Part shown: positions 55,461 to 64,000 of the stretch, piece after piece | Numbering within the stretch: position 1 is the first letter of the stretch | Layout: every line of letters begins with the position of its first letter | NCBI GenBank assembly: GCA_964016885.1 | Contig: OZ024741.1 | Span: forward strand, 182,714,001-182,778,000 | Length of the DNA stretch: 64,000 nucleotides | Direction of reading: 5' to 3' | DNA from: Eledone cirrhosa | Taxonomy: Eukaryota | Translations under genes and position numbers: made by a program | Notes under the pieces: generated by a model | Told to the model about the DNA's origin: nothing | Database searches by the model: none | What the model saw: only the letters and a program-made list of their open reading frames with translations

Positions 55461-55895
55461 TAAACTATGCATCAATAATGTCTATAAACCCAGCCCCCCC
55501 CTTAACTGTCAAGTCAGACAGGTAAAAGCAGTGCCCACAGATTTCTCAAAGTCTCTAGATCTGGGGTGAGGGAGGTACTCTCAAACCAAAGACCTGACTT
55601 GAATCTTGCAAGAGTAGACTCAGCTAATGACACTCAATAACTAGGTGGTGATGTTAAATCTGATGACAAATTCTGTCTACCATCTATGTAGGCCACAACA
55701 GGATTTGAACTCAAAATGCAAAGAGTTACCGCAAATAGTTGAAAACATTTCACCAACACTCTAACAATTCCAACAATCTACCAGCCTAAAATAATACTTT
55801 ATTGGCCCTGAAAGGATGGAAAACAATGTTGGCTATAGCAGGATTTGAAAATGTTCTGTGGATGTGTCAAGCTATCTTTATATCCAAGTACTTAC

Positions 55896-56115
55896 CATAT
55901 GGAAGGGTGACATCAAAAGCACTGTCAGGTACTGACGAGCCAACTCCAACAACGCTGTTATATTCAATATCGGAGCTGCTTTCTCTTTTAGAATTGTTGG
56001 TCTTCATCTTACCAAGTGCCACTTCACAAAGCAGTGCAAACATAGAATTTGATTCCCCAACATTATTAGAGCAGTAGCCTTTGGCTTTGATAAATGTGTC
56101 AGCTGAGTAAATGCC
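55896..56115 (-). CDS. PARP catalytic domain exon (220 bp)
   Basis: ccAG...GTaag; GIYSADTFIKAKGYC...ALLCEVALGK...YNSVVGVGSSVPD...LPY; phase 0 to 1. Confidence 0.95.
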
Positions 56116-56163
56116 CTGGTTAAAAAAAATTATAAAAGGAATTATTATTATTATTTGTGTGTG

Positions 56164-56327
<164 letters not shown>

Positions 56328-56880
56328 AAATTATATGAAATATTTTTGTTAGCCTAAGCACCAGGCCAATTGTGAAAAGAGAAATAGATTATTAGTATTA
56401 TTAGTACAACCTAAGCCAGCATGGAGAAGAATAGACATTAACTCTTTACATTCTCTACCATAAGAAATTATATTGCCAAGTCCAAAGCAGCAATGTGACT
56501 ACATCACATTAAAAATTGAAGTCGTTGCCTGAATACTGCAAATTTTCACAACAATAAACACTCTTTGCTAAAGTTGACCCAGTTAGGGCATAATTCAGAG
56601 CGTAGGAGCAAGACATTTAGTTCAGTACCCTAGTGTTGTAGCTATCTCAAGTGTGCCATTGAAATACTAAATCCTACAATACATATTTCCATTTAACATA
56701 GAATAGTAGGTAAATAATCTAAGTTATATATATAAATATGTGTGTGATCATCATCATCATCATTTTTATGCCATGGGTCAGATCCCCTTACTGATACTAA
56801 TCCTTACGATACACAGGAATACAGTATACCTACTCTAAACTGGACACACACATACACACACAAATATATATATATATAAA

Positions 56881-57460
56881 GGCGCATGGCTTAAGGGTTG
56901 GGGTGTTGGACTCAAAATTGCAAGGTCATGAGCCTGATTGCTGAACAAGACATTATTTCACATTGCTCCAATCTACCTAGCCTTTTCACATACTGTGTCC
57001 AGCTGAATCTTTCTGAGAATAACATTAAGAGTGCCCATTAATTTTACAAGCAGGTTGTTCTGTTGATATTATCAACTGAAGCACTCCTCATTGGAAATGA
57101 CAGAGGTTCAACAAAATATAGGCACAAGGCTTAGTGGTTAGAGCATTGGCCTTGCAATCGAAAGGTTGTAAGTTCAATTCTCAGACCGGGTGATGTGTTG
57201 TTTCCTTGAGCAAGACACTTTATTTCACATTGCTCCAGTTTACTCAGCTGTAGAAATGAGATGATAGGGACTGGGGTCCATATCATTCCACTGCAAAGTG
57301 GTCGTGTAGGTGCCACGGCAAAAAAAGCACCCAGCACTCTCTGTAAATGAGGTTGGTGTTAGGAAGGGCATCCAGCTGTAGAAATCAAGCCAGAATCAGT
57401 TCCTGTCCCACCCTTGCAAGCAGGGAAAAGCGGACGTAAAATGAAATGATGATGATGATA
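56881..57460 (+). mobile_element. Two tRNA-derived SINEs; the second (57121-57460) ends in an RTE-derived 3' tail
   Basis: A-box tagtggttagagc, B-box gttcaattc; 3' part ...gtaaatgaggttggtgttaggaagggcatccagctgtagaaatcaagccag...(atg)n matches the RTE 3' UTR at ~59110-59338. Confidence 0.8.
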
Positions 57461-57565
57461 CATGTGTGTGTGAATGTATATATATATATACACTTACATT
57501 TGTGTATGAGTGTTTGTGCATGTTTTTTTTGTTGTGTGTGTGCGTGTGTATGTATGTGCGTATGC

Positions 57566-57647
<82 letters not shown>

Positions 57648-57977
57648 TTTTATTTTGTGTATCTGTATTTCTATGTAATTGCACACCTCATGTATTTGTT
57701 TATTTTTATGTTTTCCCACCCTTCCCTCTCTTATCGTTGTCAACGTGCATCCTCTGTCTATTTTTTCATTCTTTATTTTTTTATTTTTGACTGAATATTT
57801 TTTGTTCTTATTCATTTATTTATTCTTATTACTTCATGTATATGTATGTGTATGTATTTTGTCCATGCCGGTTGATACATATACGCTTATGTGACAGCTT
57901 ATGTCTACGTACTTTTTAAGTACATGCACGTGGTTGAGTGTGTATGTTTGTTTGTTTATTTATTTATTTTATATGTA

Positions 57978-58018
<41 letters not shown>

Positions 58019-59338
58019 TTCATCATAGTCCTGCAGGCAATAACGTTCATCATAGTCCTGCAGGCAATAACGGAGGAGTTTAAGACCGGATGCCCATGGG
58101 AACTCCTGTATGCTGATGACCTCGCACTCATAGCTGAATCTATGGTAGAACTAGAGAATAAATTCCAAACCTGGAAGCAGGGACTAGAGAGAAAGGGCCT
58201 CAAAGTCAACATGACAAAGACTAAGGTCCTTATAAGTAGACGAGAAAACAGAACCCAGATCCCCTCAGGGAAATGGCCTTGCTCAGTATGTAGGAAAGGT
58301 GTAGGTAGGAACTCCATTCTCTGCCCCAAATGCAAACAATGGGTACACAAGAGATGTAGCGGGATCTCAGGAAGCTTAATTAAGAATGTAGGATTCACAT
58401 GCAGCAGCTGTGCTGAAACAGCAAGCAAACAGCCACAGGAAACAAGTACCACCAATCTCTGGGAGGGCCCTGTAGAAACAGTAGACAGCTTCTGCTACCT
58501 AGGTGACCGAATTAGCAACGGAGGTGGGTGCTCAGAAAGTACAATAACTAGGGTAAGAACGGGATGGAAGAAGTTTAGGGAACTACTACCACTGCTAGCT
58601 GCAAAAGGCTTCTCCCTCAGAATGAAAGGCAGACTGTATGATGCGTGTATCCGAACAGCGATGTTGCATGGTAGTGAGACCTGGGCGCTGAAGGTGGAAG
58701 ACTTACGTAGATTAGAGAGAAACGAAGCCTGCATGCTCCGATGGATGTGTAACAGTAATATACGTGAACGACAAAGCATAAAGGAATTGAGAGAGAGACT
58801 GAGCATAAGAGGAATCAAATGCTGCGTGCAGGAGAGGCGGTTACGCTGGTATGGACATGTGATGCGTATGAAGGATGACAGCTGCATAAAAAGGTGCAGA
58901 GCACTAGAAGTTGATGGAAACCGCGGAGTGGGGAGACCCAAGATGACTTGGGATGAGGTGATAAAAGCCGACCTTACCCAACTACACCTGTCAAAGTCAA
59001 TGACACACGACCGTGACTTCTGGCGTCACGCAGTAAAACAGGGTACCCGACCTCCCATGGGTACATGCTGAAGCATATAAACAATATGCTCCCCCCCCCC
59101 CCCACCCCACACTGTAAAGTGGACGTGTAGGCGCCACGAAAAAGCACCCAGCACTCACTGTAAATGAGGTTGGTGTTAGGAAGGGCATCCAGCTGTAGAA
59201 ATCAAGCCAGATCAGTTCCTGTATGAGCAAGGCATGGTCAGCCGACCAGACACTGCCCACAACAGGACAACCCGTCTAACCCATGCTAGCGTGGAAGAAC
59301 GGACGTAAAACGGTGATGATGATGATGATGATGATGAT
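58019..59338 (+). mobile_element. Young 5'-truncated RTE LINE in a PARP intron (antisense); ORF uninterrupted to 59071
   Basis: CPWELLYADDL, GLKVNMTKTKV, Cys-rich insert, FCYLGD, LHGSETW, RRLRWYGHV, GRPK.TW; (GAT)n tail; same family as 35940-38700. Confidence 0.95.
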
Positions 59339-59437
59339 ATATTCCTTTTCTTCTTCGCCCGCTGTTTCCTCAGCCTCACTTTCATATTTCTTATATTTTG
59401 TTTTCAAATCCGCATTTAATAAAAACACCATGTTTTA

Positions 59438-59495
59438 TTCATTCTGACGACTGAAAGCAGATTTATCTGCTTTCAAGAAACCACTGGTAAATGAA
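59438..59495 (+). ncRNA. Type-I hammerhead ribozyme
   Basis: ttcatt CTGACGA c tgaaagcaga ttta tctgctttca a GAAAC c act g GTA aatgaa; stem I 6 bp, stem II 10 bp. Confidence 0.8.
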
Positions 59496-59555
59496 ATAAT
59501 TATCTTATGTTGTTTATTACATAACTAATATATACATATATATATATATGTATAT

Positions 59556-59608
<53 letters not shown>

Positions 59609-59619
59609 AAACACACCCC

Positions 59620-60072
59620 TGTCCCACCACCTCCACCCCACCCACACCGCCCCTTTCAATGTAAAGTTATGTTGGTCCCACAACATCCAGGCCGAAACAA
59701 ATGAGATCGTGTAGGTGTCACGACAAAAAACACACAGTCCACGCTGTAAATGTGGCCGTGTAGGCAACACGGTAAAAACCTCCCAGCCCCACACTGTAAA
59801 TGTGGTTGGTGTTAGGAAGGGCATCCAGCTGTAGAAAACCCGCCAGACAGTCCACGCTGTAATGTGGCCGTGTAGGCAACACGGTAAAAACCTCCCAGCC
59901 CCACACTGTAAATGTGGTTGGTGTTAGGAAGGGCATCCAACTGTAGAAAACCCACCAGACAGTCCTATGCGAGCAAGACAACCACTCTTGCCTCAAGAGG
60001 GAAAACCCCCGTCCAAACCCATGCAAGCGTGGAACACGGACGCTAAACCTGATGATGATGATGATGATGATA
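59620..60072 (+). mobile_element. RTE-type 3' UTR fragment with an internal ~112-bp tandem duplication and (ATG)n tail
   Basis: cagtccacgctgtaa...ggtgttaggaagggcatcca.ctgtagaaaaccc occurs twice (~59735 and ~59848). Confidence 0.8.
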
Positions 60073-60167
60073 TCTTAATGCACTGAAACCATAGTGATTT
60101 TCAGAGGTTAACTGATGAGATGAGATTGTCCACCTTTCCATTGTCACTGTTTTGTGTGCTCCCTATT

Positions 60168-60210
<43 letters not shown>

Positions 60211-60357
60211 TATATACACACACACGCACATATACATACACACATCCATTTATCACTGGGTTGTCTTCTCTTTCTTAAACAATGTATATTTAGCCTTGAT
60301 AAGTCTGCATGAACAGACTTTTCAACATAACAACAAAAGAAACAGAAAAAATCTTAC

Positions 60358-60551
60358 TTCTCCAAACAAATGTCCAGTTATAGGAGCTTCTGGTGGGCTG
60401 ATAAGTAGTCCTCGACTCAAGATACTGATAAAGTTAGGAACCCCACTGCCATGCCACAGCAACATACGGTTTTCTAGATTTAATTCCTGGACTCGGTCTT
60501 CTTCTCCAGCTCGTGACAGACGGTATATAGCATGAACTTTCACAGATTTGT
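60358..60551 (-). CDS. PARP catalytic domain exon (194 bp) with catalytic His
   Basis: ttcAG...GTaag; (D)KSVKVHAIYRLSRAGE...NRMLLWHGSGVPNFISILSRGLLISPPEAPITGHLFGE. Confidence 0.96.
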
Positions 60552-62040
60552 CTGAAATAGCAATGTTGATTGGGGTTTATAGGTTAGTGACTAAGGTACT
60601 AGTACAATAGAACAGTTTGCTATCTGAAATAGAAATAGTGATTGACGTTTAGAGGTTAATGAATACAATATTGGTTTTAGAAGTTACTAAGTAGAGTTTA
60701 GGATATCATTAGACAAGAACATATGGGATTGTATCAGGAAAGACTACTGGTCATTAAAAAACTGCTTCAAAATATCTTAACTAATACATGCCAACATGAT
60801 AAAAATAGACATAAAAATGAAGACGTTGATGACTGTTTAATAGCTGTGGTGTTATAGTGCTGGACTATTGACCATATCAGCATCAGTTCAGCTCAGCTCT
60901 TTTCAATAGAAATTGTGATGTACCTCTAGAACAAGCAACTTGACTTTGCCTAGTCCAGCTTGTTTTATTGAACAAAATTCAGGCTACACTGCTTATTTCA
61001 TTATTCTATAAACAACTGCAGCAAGAAATAAACCATCGTACTTGTCTAAAAATTAGATATAAAACATAGGCACAAAATTTATATGTAAAAATAATAAATT
61101 ATTTTATAAAATTTAAATTTAAGCCAATAAAATGACTTAAAAAAGTTTAATTTCAATTTTACTTCCATCCACCACCACAACCACCATCTTTTCAATCTAC
61201 AGTTGCCGACAATCAATGAGATGTTGACTGAACAAAACTTTGGTTTTAATAAAAGGTATTATATTTCTTGGAGTTTAAGACAATATTTCTTCTCAAAAAC
61301 GTTTCAAAGATTGACCAGGTATCCTAGAGGTAAAAGATTACAGTTTTCATGAGCCAATTTTAATCTAAATCTGCTGATTTGGATTAAACTTTAAATGACC
61401 TCTGAATGTAGTGTATAAATTCTACTTAATTAAGATAGTAAATAAACCAAAAAAAAATCATTAAAAATATATATTTAATCACAAAAATTCATTTCTTTAT
61501 TGGCAGACGATGGTAGATGAGCTAATTTACATATTATATATCAATTTTACTGGTAATTTTACTAGTTATAATTTACGTTATATAATAGCTTTATTGGTAT
61601 TTTCACTCTCATCAAAATAACTGATTTCAATGGGGTATTATCAAGTGACAGTAGAAGTAAGATTGTAGTAGATTACAAAAGTCATCCAGTCAAAGTAAAA
61701 ATAAAATGCAGATGATAAGTGATTAGCAGGATCTATATATCACTAAGCCACTAATATCTTGGTAATGTACCTGAAAGTGCAAGACTTTGCTTTACATTCA
61801 ACTTTTTTCCAAAATTTTCAAGCCAAAATTAAGCAATTGTCTTTGGCAATGAGAGGTATAGCAATCTTGTTTACTTTACATATAACAAAACATATACCAT
61901 ATTCAACATACTTCAAACATAAGGCTGTAAGTAATTGAGCACTTGTATGATTTCGCTCCAGAAAATACACAAACATATGTTATTTAAGTTTACAAAACTA
62001 TATAAAGAAGAACAAGAAATTTAGTGAATGAAATACTCAC

Positions 62041-62148
62041 CAGTACTATAAATATATTTTAATATATATTGAGTTTCAGCTTCAGTTTCAGTCATTAGTT
62101 TGATATGACAACCAATTGCTTTGTAAATATAATCCAGTGGATTTATTT
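62041..62148 (-). CDS. PARP exon (108 bp), regulatory/catalytic boundary; the gene continues beyond the window
   Basis: ttgtAG...GTgag; INPLDYIYKAIGCHIKLMTETEAETQYILKYIYST; phase 1 to 1, joins the next exon in frame. Confidence 0.9.
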
Positions 62149-62559
62149 CTACAAAACGGAGCAAACAGAGAGACTAATAAATAGATATACTAAAAAAATA
62201 TTTTTATAAAACAACAAAATTAATATATAAATGACTAGAGTAGGTAGATAGACAGACAGAAAATAGATTGAAAATTAAATAAGCAAGAAAATATTTTACA
62301 AAGAAATATGCATACCTGAGCAATTAAGAAACTTGCTTTGCAACCATGAAGTTCCAAGCTTGATTTCAACTCGAGTTGACCAATGACTTATGACAGAAAC
62401 TGTGAAAAGGCTAGTTGTATGTATACATATCTTTCACCAAACTATCTAGGTGAAAAATGTAAACATTGGCAAGAAAGACAATAATACAGTGCTTTCAACC
62501 CAAAATGCCTTGTGATATTTAAGTTTCACAGACATTCCCTTGTCATTCTCAACTTTGTA

Positions 62560-63192
62560 AATGCAGGGAACCACTGAGTGGCCTGGGTGGCATTTGCAAC
62601 CAGATTAGCAAAGGAGGAGGATGCTCTGAGGCCATAGTATCTAGAATAAGAACAGGATGGAAGAAGTTTAGGGAGCTGCTTCCTCTGTTGACAACGAAGG
62701 GTTTCTCCCTACAAACGAAAGGTCAGTTGTATTATGCCTGTGTGAGATGCGCGACGCTGCGTGGTAGTGAGACATGGGCAGCAACTGTGGAAGATATGCG
62801 AAGGCTGGAGAGAAATGAAGCTAGCATGCTCTGATGGATGTGCAATGTCAATGTGCATGAACAACCAAGTATAGACGAGTTGAGAGTGAAACTGTGTATA
62901 AGAGGTATAAAATGTAGTGTGCAGGAGAGAAGACTGCATTGGTATGGCCATGTGATGTGCATGGAAGGTGACCACTGGGTGAAAAAGTGCCAAGAAATCC
63001 CAGAGGAAGGAAGATGCAGTAGAGGAAGACCACGAAAAACATGGGCAGAGGTGGTGGGAGCTGACCTCAAGATCGCTCTTAAGTTTACAAAGGAGACCAC
63101 GAGGGACCGTGAAAAATGGAGAGATGCTGTGCTGAAGAAGACCCGCCCCATCCTTGCAAGCAGGGAAAACAGACATAAAGTGATGATGAATG
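62560..63192 (+). mobile_element. Older RTE LINE 3' fragment in a PARP intron
   Basis: RIRTGWKKFRELLPLL, LRGSETW, VQERRLHWYGHV, RGRPRKTW with stops. Confidence 0.88.
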
Positions 63193-63759
63193 CTATTGTT
63201 TACAAAATTCAATAGATAATTAATAAATAAATGACAAAAAAAATGCATGGCACAAACAGGCACACAGGTAGAATAGACAAATAACTAAATACATGGACAA
63301 ATGTATGTATTTATAGACCTGTAATGCTTAATGGATGTGTAAGAGCAATGTAGTGACATATGGAGTGTTTGGAGGATTTTAAACGTTGGGAAGCCTATTC
63401 CTCTCAAGGTCTGAACACAGCTGATTTCTTCTAGAAGGGGAGAATAAGTGAGAAAGTTATATAGAGGAAGAAAATACCCAAGTACAAAACTGGTACTTTT
63501 TTATATCAACCTAGAAAGTTTGAATGGCAAAGTTGACCACAAGTTAGTCTAACAACAGTCAATTAGCCACCTTAAATAGATGAATAAACAGGGAAATATT
63601 TTTACAAAAAATAAATATGTTTATAAAAAAAAATAGGGTTAAGAGGCAGACAGACAGACTGATAGACTAGATAAGTAACAGATAGACAGAGAGATAAGGA
63701 AACAGGAAAATATTTGACAAAAACTAAAAAAAAATATTTAAAAATTGTGCTTATAGGTA

Positions 63760-63925
63760 CAGGCATAGCTGTGTGATTAAGGAGTTTGCTTTTCAGCCAT
63801 GCAGGTCTGGGTTTAGTCCTGCTGTACAGCACCTTGAATAAGTGTTTTTTACTATAGCATCAGGTTAACCAATGCCTTATAAGTGAAATTTGGTTGACAG
63901 AAACTGCAGAAGCCTGTCAAATGTG
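63760..63925 (+). mobile_element. Degenerate tRNA-derived SINE (similar copy at ~51280-51420)
   Basis: ggcatagctgtgtgattaagg...ggtttagtcc...caccttgaataagtgt...tgaaatttggttgacagaaactg...aagcctg. Confidence 0.6.
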
Positions 63926-64000
63926 TGTGTGTGTGTTTGTGTTTATATCCCATAACTTTGCAGTTCAATTAAAAAAAAAAAAAAAGAGATTGATAAAATA

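Noticed and set aside
55802-56077. Plus-strand 91-aa ORF
   Set aside because: Antisense shadow of the PARP exon.
57121-57195. tRNA gene
   Set aside because: A/B boxes are present but no convincing cloverleaf, and it continues into a SINE body and tail.
57938-58018. N-terminus of the 377-aa ORF
   Set aside because: Microsatellite flank in frame with a 5'-truncated RTE.

Overview
AT-rich animal genomic DNA saturated with (TA)n, (CA)n, (GA)n and (AAT)n microsatellites. The repeat landscape (RTE LINEs with (ATG)n tails, tRNA-derived SINEs, Penelope-like elements) suggests a mollusc, probably an octopus-like cephalopod; this is inference. The only host gene I can support is the last four coding exons of a PARP on the minus strand (62148 to 54614), with an intact H-Y-E triad. 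The rest is mobile DNA: two Helitron relics, several RTE LINE pieces, three tandem Penelope-like elements (PLEs), a CRE-like endonuclease fragment, SINEs, mariner-type ends and fold-back palindromes. Two patterns stand out. (1) A ~12 kb array of a 67-bp monomer is the last ~18 codons plus stop of a Tc1/mariner (maT-like) transposase, amplified in place inside the transposon, with 2319-bp and 1766-bp higher-order blocks. (2) About nine type-I hammerhead ribozyme motifs occur, some in PLE 3' ends and some in short non-coding retrozyme-like repeats. All structures were read by eye and no searches or folding programs were run. Most ORFs in the supplied track are microsatellite artefacts.
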